From Octopus bimaculoides (lineage: Eukaryota), in the NCBI RefSeq assembly GCF_001194135.2, contig NC_068997.1, positions 2,566,200 through 2,630,199 on the forward strand: 64,000 bases of DNA. The letters run 5' to 3'. This document shows, one piece after another, positions 25,609 through 37,842 of the stretch. Below the pieces are notes generated by a model, which worked only from the letters and a program-made list of their open reading frames with translations, was not told the DNA's origin and ran no database searches. The translations under genes and the position numbers were made by a program. The stretch's first letter is position 1. Each line of letters opens with the position of its first letter.

Positions 25609-25694
25609 TAAAAAAAAAACATATATGAGGCTGGATGATCTGCATGCCTAAGTATATGCTCTGTACGTGCGGTGTGAGGTAGCAATAATAAGAT

Positions 25695-25845
25695 AATTCA
25701 AATTTCACCGATGTCGACTTTGTCTTTCATCCTTTCGGTGTCGATAAGATATGTACCAGTTGAGTACTGGAATCAATGTAATCGTATTATCTCTTCCTCC
25801 GAAATTGCTGGCCATGTACCACAATTTGAAATGAAGATGATAGTT
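25695..25845 (+). mobile_element. SINE family B, partial
   Basis: gtcgactttgtctttcatcctttcggtgtcgataag core; aaattgctggcc...aatttgaaa tail. Confidence 0.8.
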
Positions 25846-25859
25846 CTTTATTTCCGTTG

Positions 25860-25918
<59 letters not shown>

Positions 25919-26727
25919 CGGATTTAGCGCGCAAAAACGAGGACTTTTGAATTTTACCGTAGAAAGTATAATTTATGAGATCCGTATACACGTGCTTTCC
26001 TTGTGGCGTACAACTTAGTATGCGATTCTCTAAATTGTATCTATTCAACGATCTGTACTGATGTGAAACGGATATTTTCGGTAAGAAAATGTTAATTTCG
26101 GAACATATGTTTGCAGATAATTGCATTTTTTGTGTAATTTTCACTGGTCTTGCCCACTTTACACTTTTGTTGCTTCGCTGAATTCCCTTTGAGAATTATT
26201 CGGTCTTAGTAGACACATGACATGTGATCTTCTAGCACATTAGCAGTCTACCTAGTGGCCTCATTTATATATATTCTTATATAAAGATCATTGTAGACTC
26301 TCAGTAGGATCAACTTCTGCCTGACTTCGTTTTCTTTTCCTCCTCGCCGTGTTTGTATGTGCACCAATTCAACCGACCTTATGTTTTCATTGTTCTCAAC
26401 ATTCTTGCTAATACGTACACGTCCACACCTCTCCAGCCCTGATTTAGTTTGCACCAATTTAACTGACCTGGATCTTTCTACGAAATATAATCATACAGTT
26501 TATCTTTCCACATTGAATATTTCCCAACTTTCCACGCAAATTATCCACCCATTTCAGTTTTCTTTTCCATTCTTACATCTAAAGTTAAAAAAAAAAAACA
26601 CAATTTTTGGCTGACGCAGAACATCACAGTTTTTCCTCAGATTCAACCTCGCTGTCTTTCTAAGATTTTATTAGTTGTTTTGATGTTCTTGTCTATCGCA
26701 ACCGCTCTTAAATTTAACTACAAATAC

Positions 26728-27600
26728 ATGATTGGAAAGAGTGGGAGCGAATGTAGAAGTGCAAAATAGTCGTAAAATAAGTTTATATAAGCAGTTAAAG
26801 TTGATATTTTCCAACGTTTTGATGCGAGTCAACTATTCAGCGGTATTGCAAAAAAAAAAAAAAGAAGAAAAGATCAGAACTTGAAAAGTCTACATTAGGA
26901 ACAATCTATAATAATCAAGAGAAAATTAAGTCAAATGTTCAAGCCAGCAAGACCGTTAAATGCCTGGAAATTGTACATTTTGCTTCATAACTTTGATACG
27001 ATACTTAATATGGAACGGCTTCTGAGTGTGAGAATCGACGATTAGACCAGACGTCCTGCTCTGATAAACGCAATCTTCATTCAAGCGAAAGTTAAAAGTT
27101 TGTATGGCGATTTGCAGCAAAGATGAAGGAGCAACTTCTGATGCAAAACCTATTTCTGTTTGTATTTGTAAAGAGTAGTTTTGAAGGTTTTGAGAGGTAT
27201 CTTAATTTGCACAACATTAAAATTAACGGTAAAGCTGTAAGTGATGATACAAAAGCTGCTTGTAATTATCACAAAGAACTGAACAAAGTTTCTTCTGAAT
27301 GTGTTTTCTCACCAGAACAAGTGTACAATGTTAATGAAATTGAGTATTTCAAGAAGCACATCGTTGGTGCAGAAAAACCAGTAAATAACGCTGAAGCANN
27401 NNNNNNNNTCCACAACTGTTTGACGTTTCATGTGACAGGACATGCTGTCGGGGATATGAAATTAAAGCACTTATTTGAGTATATCTAGCAAAATTGAAGG
27501 GCTTCAAAGGCAAAGCTAAGTATAATTTACCTGTAATTAGACGTTTAAATAATAATAATTGGACGTCTATATTACTTTTCGATGACTATTTTGAATAAAA
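26728..27600 (+). mobile_element. Decayed pogo/Tigger transposase (CENP-B-type HTH plus DDE start)
   Basis: STLGTIYNNQEKIK, MERLLSV, IQAKVKSLYGDL, FERYLNLHNIKINGKAVSDD, FSPEQVYNVNE, GHAVGDMKLKHL, NLPVI match the order of Tigger1-like motifs. Confidence 0.85.
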
Positions 27601-28027
27601 AGGTTATTTTAGAATTCACTCCTTTATAAACCAAGTTTAGAGGCCAAATTCTATTTTCTGTACCCACGTTAAGGCTAAAAATATCAAAACCCTTAAAGAT
27701 ACTGGTATGATCTGTCAACGGTGACAAAAATATTTTAGAGAATTGCTAAATTACTGCTCTGTCATCGATTGGTTGTTCTTAGAACTCATTGAATAAATCC
27801 CAAGAAGGCAGTTTGTTAATGATCCACAGAATTTCAATAAAGTAAGAGTTACTTTGTAGAAGCATGAAAAGGGAACGCTCTTGGCGCTGATGTTATTTCG
27901 GCAGAAGCGCTCAAATTAGGAACAATCTTCTGCGCAGTTATATAATCTGTGAGAAAATGGTACAGTTCCTTAAGATTGGAGAAATGTGTTGCAGAAGGTG
28001 TTGTACAAATAGACAAATGGCGAAAAT

Positions 28028-28415
28028 AGGCATACCTGTGTAGTAAGCAGATTGCTTCCCAACCGCATAGTTCGAGGTTCAGTCCCACTGTTTGACACCT
28101 TGTGTAAGTGTCTTCTACTGTAGCCTCGGGCCGATTAAAGCCTCGTGAGTGGATTTGGTACACGGAAACAGAAAGAAGCCTGTCCTATATATATATATAT
28201 ATGTGTGTGTGTGTCTTTGTGTGTGTGTGTGTCCCCACCACCACTTGGCAACTGGGGCTGGTGCGTTTACATCCTTGTAACTTAGTGAGTCAACAAAATG
28301 GACGGATAGAATAAGTCCTAGGCTTAAAAAACAAGTCCTGGAGTTGTCTGACTTAAACCCTTTAAGGCGGCACCCCAGCATAACGGCAGTCAAATGACTG
28401 AAACAATTGAATGAT
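28028..28415 (+). mobile_element. SINE family A, full length
   Basis: Head, internal (TA)n(TG)n, tail cagtcaaatgactgaaacaa. Confidence 0.9.
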
Positions 28416-28539
28416 AATTGATACACGTAGACATTTCACTCCTCTATAAACTAGGTTTAGAAGCCAGGCTGAATTTGCTGTGCTCCTATTTGGGCTAAAT
28501 ATAGCAAAACCCTTATTAAAGATAAAAATAAAATCTATA

Positions 28540-29720
28540 TAGTGGATTATCCATCCTTCCTGAGTCTCAGTCAGGTTTTTTCACCGGACTAGGAACTGAC
28601 GGCATAGTATTTTTTTCCCGCTGCTGAACTACAAGAGAAATGCATTAAGCAGAGACTTGGGCTCTGTTATTGCTTTATCAACCTCATTAAAGCCTTTCGG
28701 TCCGCGAATCATGATGTATTATGAAAAAGTTGTCTGTCCTAATATATTTACAAATATTACGATGTTCTTTCATGATGATATCAGAGAAAGAGTTGTAATT
28801 GTTGGAGAATGCTCGGACATGTTTTTCAATCAGTGATGGCGTACAAGGTGATATGATATAACTGTTTCTAATTATTTCCCATGATTCCACAATAACTTTT
28901 TTTCAGTCACTTTTAAAGTCTGCTCAGAGGGTATTTATATACAGCACAACACATTTGATAAGTTCTTCAGCTTTGAATATGTTTGTTTTAGTCATTCTGA
29001 TAAGAAACCTCTCGTTTCGTTAGTGACTGTCCTTCTACCACACACAATGAAAATAAGGCCTCAAAACTATTATGTATTGGCATGCGCCATGTTGTCCTCG
29101 CAATAAACCCTAATAAACCTGTTATTCTTTATCAAACCTGCCCCTGAAAACCTAATATAATGGTATATAGTAAAACATTAAAAAGCCCCATCTTTCTTTA
29201 AATATTCTGACAGCATGTTAAACAGTGATACATATCTTGATGATGTAATTCCACAAGTCATGGACAACTTTTGGAAACTTACAATATTGATTATGGCCTC
29301 AACCATATACAAAAAGGAAAAACAAAAAAAATTACACGGAAATGTTTATTTTCCAAACGCATTTTTTAAGGCTACACAACATGGATATTGTACACTTGAA
29401 AACATCATAAACAGTTGGAGCATTTTCAGCAAAAAGTCACTTCGACTAATTTTCTATGTATATCTTGGAGAGACTTCATAAATGATATTGAAGTCTAGGA
29501 GTTAGCAAATGTATGCATAGAGACTCTGTTGTGATATAGCAAACTGTCGTTACAGACCATATAGTTCGTATGGAAGATGGAAGAATGCCAAAGCATCAAC
29601 TCTATACAGGATTACATTCGGTTTGTAATGGGGTAAGACCTTAGGAACAGCAGTTAAATAGAAAGATACACAACGGCTCCGGATATCATGAAATGTAGAA
29701 GCATTATGCTCACACGAGGA
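28540..29720 (+). mobile_element. Highly decayed RTE/BovB-like LINE, RT and C-terminal region
   Basis: ILPESQSGF, QEKCIKQ...FINLIKAF, EGIYIQ, SMLNSDTYLDDVI, HIVRMEDGRMPK in RTE order. Confidence 0.75.
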
Positions 29721-29922
29721 CAAAAGTATAGCAAGTGATTTTATTGGTTGGAATATGTCATCCAGTGATCAAGGGTACTCTACTGCAGTATGTGATCACT
29801 CTCGTTCAACTCATGGGGTATAATGTGATCTAGCATGATGTAGTGGGGTGTAATGCAGTGTAATGTAGTGCAGTGAGGAGTGGTTGGGTGGGGTGTCATG
29901 TAGTGTGGTGTAATGAAACGTG

Positions 29923-30155
29923 AAGGTACGTGGCTTAGTGTTAAGGGTATTTGGCACACGATCATAAGGTTGTGAGTTCTATTTCTGGCGGCGTGATGTG
30001 GCCTTGTGCAAAACACTTTATTTCACGCTACTCCAGTCCATTCGGCTGGCAAAAATGAGTGGGGCTTGTATTTCAAAATGTCCAGCCTTGTCATATGTGA
30101 AGAGTATGTGTGTCTATGGAGAATGGAACACTCATCGTCGTAACCGACGGAGTGC
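29923..30155 (+). mobile_element. SINE family C, internally deleted
   Basis: tRNA-like head gtggcttagtgttaagg...gagttctatttc, central ccttgtgcaaaacactttatttcacgctactccagtcc block, tail gtcgtaaccgacggagtgc. Confidence 0.75.
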
Positions 30156-30169
30156 TTTTTTTCTTTTTT

Positions 30170-30840
30170 AAGTGAGGTGTGGTGTAGAATAGCATGCCGG
30201 GCAAAATACTTAGTAGCACTTTGTCTTTACATTCTGAGTTCAAATTCCGCTGAGGTCGACTTTGTCTTTTATCCTTTCGTGGTCGATAAATTGAAGTAAC
30301 AGTTGAGCAACTGGGGTCGATGTAATCGACTTACACCTACCCCCAAATTTCAGGCCTTGTGCCTATAGTAGGAAGGACTATTATTATTATGAAAACGGCG
30401 GGCTAGCAGAATCGTTAGCATGCCGGGCTAAATGCTTAGCGGTATTTCGTCCGTTTTTACGTTCTGAGTTCAAATTCCGCTGAAGTCGGCTTTGCCTTTC
30501 ATCATTTCCGGATCCATAAACTTAGTACCAGTTATGTGTTGGAGTCGATGTAATCAACTTATTCTCTCCCCTGAATTTCAGGCCTTGTGCCTTTAGTAGA
30601 AAGAATTATGATTATTATTATTTTGAAGGCGGTGAGATAGCAAAATCATTAGCATGCCGGATAAAATGCTTAGCGGCATTTCGTCCGTCTTCACGTTTTG
30701 AGTTCAGATTCCACCGTGGTCGACTTTGCCTTTCATCTTTTCAAGGTCGATAAATTGAAGTAACAGTTGAGCACTGGGGTCGATGTAAGCTTGACCCCCA
30801 CTCACCGAACTTGCTGGACCTCTGACAAAATTTGAAACTA
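30170..30840 (+). mobile_element. Three head-to-tail SINE B copies (30170-30390, 30391-30623, 30624-30840)
   Basis: Each has a head, gagttca B box and core; the first two end in (ATT)n directly abutting the next head. Confidence 0.9.
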
Positions 30841-31108
30841 GTCTTTACTCTGACGGTTCTGTAAAATCGTAGGAAATAAAAACGTCACTTTGCGGTACAT
30901 GGTTCAAATCTGTAAGAAATCACACCGTCAAAATCTACTCTAATTAACATAATATTAATTAATGGTTAACATACATCAAAGGCAATTCATTATTACATCA
31001 TCTCTTTGATCACCATCAACTGTTACTCTGAGTACCACATTTTCATATAGTTGTATGTGTGCATGTATGTGCATTTGTGTGTGTGTGACAGTGTGTGTGT
31101 GTGTGTGA

Positions 31109-31145
<37 letters not shown>

Positions 31146-31400
31146 TTCTGGCGCAGGTGACACTACGTAATGCAAAGCGGTCGAAGTTATCTGTAATGGT
31201 AATTAAGCGTGCAATGTGTGTGGTTGTGTGTATTTGCATGCCTGTGATTATGCCTGCGGTTGTTTGTAATAATTAAGTAATTAATAAAGTGATAATTTAA
31301 TTTTTCATTTTCTTCCTAAAATATTAATCATCATCATCATCCTCATCGTCATCATCGCCGTTGTCATCATCATCATCATCATCATCATCATCGTTATTGT

Positions 31401-31790
31401 AAGGCGGCGAGCTGGCAAATTTGTTGAGTAGCCGGACAAAATGTTTAGCAGCACTTCGTGCGTCCTTATGCTCTGAACTCAATTTCTACCGAAGTTTTAC
31501 CTTTCATCCTTCGGAGTTGATAAAATAAGTACCAGCTGTGCACTGAGGTCAATGCAATCGATTTACCCCTTCTTGCATATATCAGGCTTTCTGCCTTTAG
31601 TAGAAAGGATTATTAGTATTAAGGCTGTGCGCAGCAGAGTCATTACCGCGCCGGAGAAAACGCTTAGTAGTATTTCGACTCTCAAATTTTGAGTTCGAAT
31701 TCCATCAAGGTAGACTTCGCCTTTCGTCTATCCGAAGCCGATGAAATAAGTACCAATTGAGCACTGGGTTCCATGTACTCGACTGATGCA
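31401..31790 (+). mobile_element. Two head-to-tail SINE B copies (31401-31620, 31621-31790)
   Basis: Same arrangement, more diverged; preceded by (CAT)n. Confidence 0.85.
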
Positions 31791-32602
31791 CATGATTTGT
31801 TTTTGATTTTGTCAACTACACAGTACAGCAGGGTCAGTTGGGCACTATGAAGCAATTCACTCTGTCAGAAATTTGGATATGACATGCTTTGCTGTTTAGC
31901 ATTCGCATCAGAAGTTGCAATGCGAACATTTCAAAATGTTTGGGTGTCAATCTGAGGACAGTGCATGGACCGAGAGTGATAAAAACACAAACATCCAGTC
32001 AGCTTCATGGTGTTTGCAATGACCACTAGTGATTGCGGCATTATGCTTCCATTCAGCTTTCCACACGGCCTCAGACTCAACATGGAGGCCTGCATCAAGT
32101 GCCTGGATGAGGTAGTGCTGCCCTGGGTCAAGGGGTGGGGGTGGGGGCTACTGGAATACCCTATGTCTGGCTACAGGACTCTGCACCGTGTCACACAAGC
32201 AGGAGAACCCAGTCATGGCTGTCAGACAATTTCTGTGACCACATTACCCTTAACATGTGGTCACCTAACTTCCCAGACTGCAACCTCTTTGATTATCGTG
32301 CGTGGGGCACAGCTGAGCGAGAGACCAACAAAACTCCTTGAAACACCAAAGATGAACTGAAGGCAAGGATTATGGCAGCATTCACCAACTTAAACAAGGA
32401 AGCCATCCAGAAGAATTGTAGGAGATTCCGAAGTCGTCTGGAGGACGTAGTTGAAGCCAATGGTGAGTTTATTGAATAAATTTACTCTTTAGTATTTCAA
32501 GAAAATTTTATGTAATTCTGGTAAATATATCTGTTAGAATGACATGTCAGTGTTATTTTCACTTTTGCGTAATTTAGACAAAAGTTTATCCACTGCACCC
32601 TG
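31790..32602 (+). mobile_element. Internally deleted DD37D (maT-type) transposon
   Basis: N-terminal HTH MKQFTLSEI...CLGVNLRTVH (31847-31966) is fused to the C-terminal catalytic part. QDSAPCH...FDY has 37 residues between the two Asp; stop at 32477-32479; right end cactgcaccctg. Confidence 0.9.
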
Positions 32603-32617
32603 TGTGTGTGTGTACGT

Positions 32618-32660
<43 letters not shown>

Positions 32661-33009
32661 TGTGTGATGTGCGTGTGTGAAGTATGTCTGTGTGCGTATG
32701 TATCTTTGCTGACTGACACGACTTGATTTTCATTCTATTGAATTGAAGATATCACTATCCGCGTTCGACCTTTTTACTAATGTTTCTCTACATTTCCTTA
32801 TTAGTTTCTCATAATTTGTTCGAAATCATGACTATCTTAAATCCATTGACGCTTAAAGGTCTTAGTCTCATCATTTTAATTAAATTATGGTGGGTGGCCA
32901 TGTTGTTGCTCCGTTTTAGTAGGCAGGGAAAGAGCATGGCAATATTATTGTAACTGATAATATCATCATTTCTTGATTTAAGATTATCTCACGTTTAACT
33001 GCTGATTAC

Positions 33010-33170
33010 ATTCATAACTTATTTCAGTATACTGTCTGTGGTTTGATATTTCGTTAGCTTTAGATCAAATCTGATTGAACTAGATTTTACCAAGTATTTT
33101 CTTATAGTGACCATTTCTTATTTACGTATGCTACGTCTAGCCTTACATTATTCAATATATATCTTGTCCT
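33010..33170 (-). mobile_element. SINE family D remnant
   Basis: Reverse complement gaatagcagtcaaatctcc matches the gaaactgcagtcaaatctgcc block at 41-60. Confidence 0.4.
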
Positions 33171-34211
33171 TTTAAAACTGGAGGAGATTTGACTGCTATT
33201 CCTCATAACAGACTGAGAGTTTGTGTAGAGGGTCCATAGTAATTAGACGAGTATATATAGTTACATAAGTGTTGTTTCCGTGGAAAGGTGTGCCAGTAAC
33301 ATCCACTTTCTGCTACATACAAGGTGTATGTTCCCCTGCATGTAGTCGGAAGTGGTTCTATATGAGATATTTGTTAACCTGTTTTCACTTTATTATCATT
33401 TCTTGTCTTCTGTTGATGATCTCAATATTTTGTAAACTTCGTCTTCTCAGGTAGACAAACACGACATCTTTTCAACCTGTTAATGCAAGCCGTTCAAAGT
33501 TTAACGATGTTATCTTATTAAAATTATACTGATGCGTTTCTCTTTAAGTCTCCAGATACATTGGGATAGTTATGTAAAACTTCTGTTTTTGAAGAAGAGA
33601 AAATATTGTGTGCTTATCTATGTGTGATACGAGTTAATGTGTAACTTTAAATGTATGTGCGTCGCATATAATTCCTTTAGTGATAACAACTTCAGATAAA
33701 CGTTACAGCAACACTATATCGAGTCCTCTCAATCCTTTGAAAGGCATTTGTGACTAAATAGACTAGACATTGTGCTGCTATAGTTGCAATCTGGTTGTGG
33801 GTTGTATTAGATCCTGACTATATTGTTCATTCTAATATCTGTCGTTTATTATTCTACACTCTGCATTTTACATACGGTACTTTATTGTTCTACACACTGT
33901 ACTTTATAGTCATATACACTGTACTCTATCGTATTACACACTCTGATTTATGCTTTCTCTGACACACACAGAGAGTACATTATGCACACTCTTCCGTATT
34001 ATACTGTCGCTTATGTCAAATATATATCAGTTTTATTAATAGAATTTCAAATTGATGATAATCTGAGATTAAGATAATTTATTTTCACAATTTCTGAAGA
34101 AGACAGAAAATTCTGGAATATAAAATATATATGGTTGCCAAACTTTTCACTATCTTTCATTCCTTGCAACATCAAACCATTGATTTCCTTACAAAAATGT
34201 CTTCCTTTCTC

Positions 34212-34260
<49 letters not shown>

Positions 34261-34583
34261 TACAATTTTTCGGCATCATCTGACATCTTCCCTGTTCTCC
34301 ACCCCACCAGCCTGCTATTGATTGTATACCTAGAAGCATTTATTTAAATTTTAAACCACTACCATACATCAAACTCCATCCTATAGAACCATATTGTGTG
34401 TGAGTTACTTTATAATTCCTATCTTCTCTGATACTCATCTGCTTTTACGACATTTTCACATGAAATTCTTTGCCTTTTTTCTTTGGCTCATTTACTTTGC
34501 TTCTACTTTATTTTAGTTTGTTGTTTTCAGAGTTTCGATAAGAATTTCTTAAAGATCTATCTATCTATCTATCTATCTATCTG

Positions 34584-34632
<49 letters not shown>

Positions 34633-34824
34633 TTCTATTTCTCTTTAATTCTCTCTGTCTCTATATGTATATGTGCGTTTGTGTGTTTGTGTGTGTGTGT
34701 GTATGTGTGTGTAAACATAATACACACGTGTGTATATGTATATTTGCTTATACGTACATATATATAATTGCGCATCTGCATACATGTACATCTTTGTACA
34801 TAATTGTTTGTGTGTGTATACAGA

Positions 34825-34860
<36 letters not shown>

Positions 34861-35078
34861 CATATATATATNNNNNNNNNNNNNNNNNNNNNNNNNNNNN
34901 NNNNNNNNNNNNNNNNNNNNNNNNNNNNNNNNNNNNNNNNNNNNNNNNNNNNNNNNNNNNNNNNNNNNNNNNNNNNNNNNNNNNNNNNNNNNNNNNNNNN
35001 NNNNNNNNNNNNNNNNNNNNNNNNNNNNNNNNNNNNNNNNNNNNNNNNNNNNNNNNNNNNNTGTATATATATATATAA

Positions 35079-36541
35079 ATCTTTAATTCCTTAAATTGTT
35101 TCAGCTTTAAAGCTGCGGTCATATTGGGGCACCATCGTTGAGTGTGCTACGCCATTATTTGAAACCTCCTCTGATATGTGGCATTTGGTCAATGAGGGAG
35201 TTTAATGCTGCAGCTCTAATCTGTGTTTCCCGCCGTGAGGTAGACTCATCGGGAACTCTTGCAGAATATGCAGTTTTGTTTTGAAGACACCTCCATCCAT
35301 ACCATGCAGATCTCTCAGGCATTTTGGAAGGATACTGAAGAGCAGTGGTCCCTTGAAACCCAGGCTGTTGCAGTATCTGGTCCTGTATTTTGATGGTGAT
35401 GCTGGGATCTTTGGCACCATGCAGTGGCGCCCCGTTCTTCTGTTTGTGTAACATTCAATGCCAAAGTTTGGTACAAGGCCTTCCAGCATCTTCCTGTCTG
35501 CATGTCATTCAGTTTTGTGTGCTGGTAGCGCAAGCCTTGGAAATATCCTGCATTAAACTGCATATTGTCCTTAGCCCACCTGTATATTGCGTCCCATTGT
35601 AGATGCGCAATATTCCCAGGATTTTGTATTGTTTGAGAGACTTTTATGCCATCTACATAGCTAGTGAGGGTGACTATCTTAGCAACTGAGGTCCTGTCTG
35701 AGAGGGTCACTATAAACAGCAGTGACCCTAAGACAGTGCTCCATGGAACACCACTTACTATTTGTATTTCCTTTTAGGTGGCTCCATTGGCCCCCACTGT
35801 CTGACGTCTATCTTTTAGAAAGTTGTTTAACCACTCTCCAAGTTTGCCAACTACGCCGAGATCACGCAATTTGTAATGCATCAAACCATGGTCGACTTTA
35901 TCAAAGGCTTTTGCTAAGTTGAGATATATTACATCCACACTCGATTCGTTTAGCTGCTGTTTTAACACCCAGTCATAGTGCTATAAGATCTGTGTCAAGC
36001 AACTTCTACCTGGTCGAAATCCATGCTGGGTGTCTGTCAGCAGGGCATTTTCTTCAAGGAGCACGATTAGTTTCTTGCGGACTATTGTTCCATGACTTTG
36101 ATGTCTGAGGCCAGAGAGATACACCTATAATTTTCAGCATCTGCTCTGCTTCCGCCTTTGTGGACCGGGCATATTATTCATTCCTTTAGTTTGTCCGAGA
36201 CCTTATCACTTGTTAGAAAGCTCTGATAAAGATGCTGCAGTGGTTTTGCAAGGGTTTGTTTGCACGATTTGAGAAGGATTGCTGGGATTCCATCAGGGCC
36301 AGCGGCTGAGTTTGTGTCAGCCCCATCTATGGCCATCTTTAATGTTGATGTAATCAATTTTCGCCTCTTTGGTTACAGGTAAAGTGGCAATGAATTCTGC
36401 TGGTCTGTTCACTTTCTTGCGTGCCAGATGAGTAGTGAACACACTTTGGAATTGTTCGTTCAGTATTTCACTTATCCTCATTGGGCTTCCTGTGAAGGAG
36501 CCATCTTTTTGGAAGAGGGGCCCTATCTTGTGGCGTACTAA
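35079..36541 (-). mobile_element. 5'-truncated CR1-group LINE, ORF2 RT pseudogene with intact 3' tail
   Basis: AAGPDGIPAILLK, ENYRCISL, QHGFRPGRSCLTQ, DVIYLNLAKAFDKVDHG, SGVP..TVLG.LLF, SYVDG (decayed YADD); stops, frameshifts and an internal deletion; tail hairpin cagctttaaagctg. Confidence 0.9.
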
Positions 36542-36770
36542 GAGAAGAAACTAACTGTATGACCAGTTAAAATATAAAAGTGGAGAAGAATTGAAGAAAA
36601 AGAGAAGAGAAACTTTTGGTGAGTAGTTGTGGTGGATAGAGATAGAAAAGCGTACGTGCTGGTGCCAAAGTGTTTGTCATTACAGAAATTGCATGCATAA
36701 ATAAATAAACAAATAAATTTACCTCACCCTCTGTTTTCGGATATTAGATCTCTAACATAATGCAATAATG

Positions 36771-36869
36771 TGTTTCTCTGATGATTCATTGCGGCAGGCA
36801 TCGAAATGCACATGGAACATCCAAAGATGAGCTCCAAATAAATGCAATGGTGAAACGTACGTAGTAACA
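36771..36869 (+). ncRNA. Hammerhead-like motif with 51 nt loop II; cleavage-site nucleotide apparently missing
   Basis: tgtttct-CTGATGA-ttcattgc[51 nt]gcaatggt-GAAA-cgtacgt-agtaaca; stem I 6 of 7 pairs, palindromic stem III. Confidence 0.5.
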
Positions 36870-36900
36870 AATAACTTATAACTGTACTTATCTTAATTTT

Positions 36901-36960
36901 ATATTATACATGTTCTCCATATATTATATATGCTCTCCATATATTATATATGCTCTATAT
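36901..36960. repeat. Three-copy 20 bp tandem repeat
   Basis: atattatatatgctctccat x3 with minor variants. Confidence 0.85.
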
Positions 36961-37200
36961 ATTAAAACTAGTAACACTAAACTGGAAGCTGAATGGATAA
37001 TGATAACTTATGTGAAACTCTAACTCATATAGTTGTAGTCGTACATCTACTTGTACATACAAAACACACACACACATACAAGCAAATACACATATATGTA
37101 TATATCTATGTATATGTATATGGATGTGTGTTTATATATTTATATATACATACATGTCTATGCATATACACACACACACACAAACAAACAAACACACACA

Positions 37201-37238
<38 letters not shown>

Positions 37239-37609
37239 TAGGTAGGTGGTTATGAAATGTCGTTAGGAGTCTCGCTCCCTTGTCTTGTGTTGAGTACCTT
37301 CTGGCACACGTCTTTGTTACAGCAAAGAAACTAAAGGGGAAACTATAAAAGAAGCCATACCACGTGACATTATTGAAAGCAGTTGTACACTTGGAATTCT
37401 CAACATGTTCCAACCAGTCACTGCAGGGACCACACGCCCATACCTCTCTTCCGAGAGAATGCCACTAATTTTTCAAAATCTAGAAAGTCATCCACAAGTT
37501 TTATAATCAAATTCTATAGCTACCATGGTTGCCTACACTTACACCAGGAAGAGACACGTGTGGGGTGACAGTAGCCATGACCAAGCGTCCGACTGTATTA
37601 GACGTGTAT

Positions 37610-37842
37610 TATTTCTTTACTACCCACAAGGGGCTACACACAGAGGGGACAGACAAGGACAGACAAACGGATTAAGTCGATTACATCGACCCCAGTGCGT
37701 AACTGGTACTTATTTAATCGACCCCGAAAGGTTGAAAGGCAAAGTCTACCTCGGTGGAATTTGAACTCAGAACGTAGCGGCAGACGAAATACCGCTAATA
37801 ATTTCGCCCGGCGTGCTAACGTTTCTGCCAGCTCGCCGCCTT
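37610..37842 (-). mobile_element. Young SINE family B copy with a distinct tail and a 14 bp TSD
   Basis: tattagacgtgtat at 37596-37609 and 37843-37856; head aaggcggcgagctggcagaaacg. Confidence 0.95.

Noticed and set aside
33270-33470. Minus-strand HFRLHAGE / KRCRVC, zinc-finger- or piggyBac-like
   Set aside because: Motifs are in different frames, the spacing and order are wrong, and there are multiple stops.
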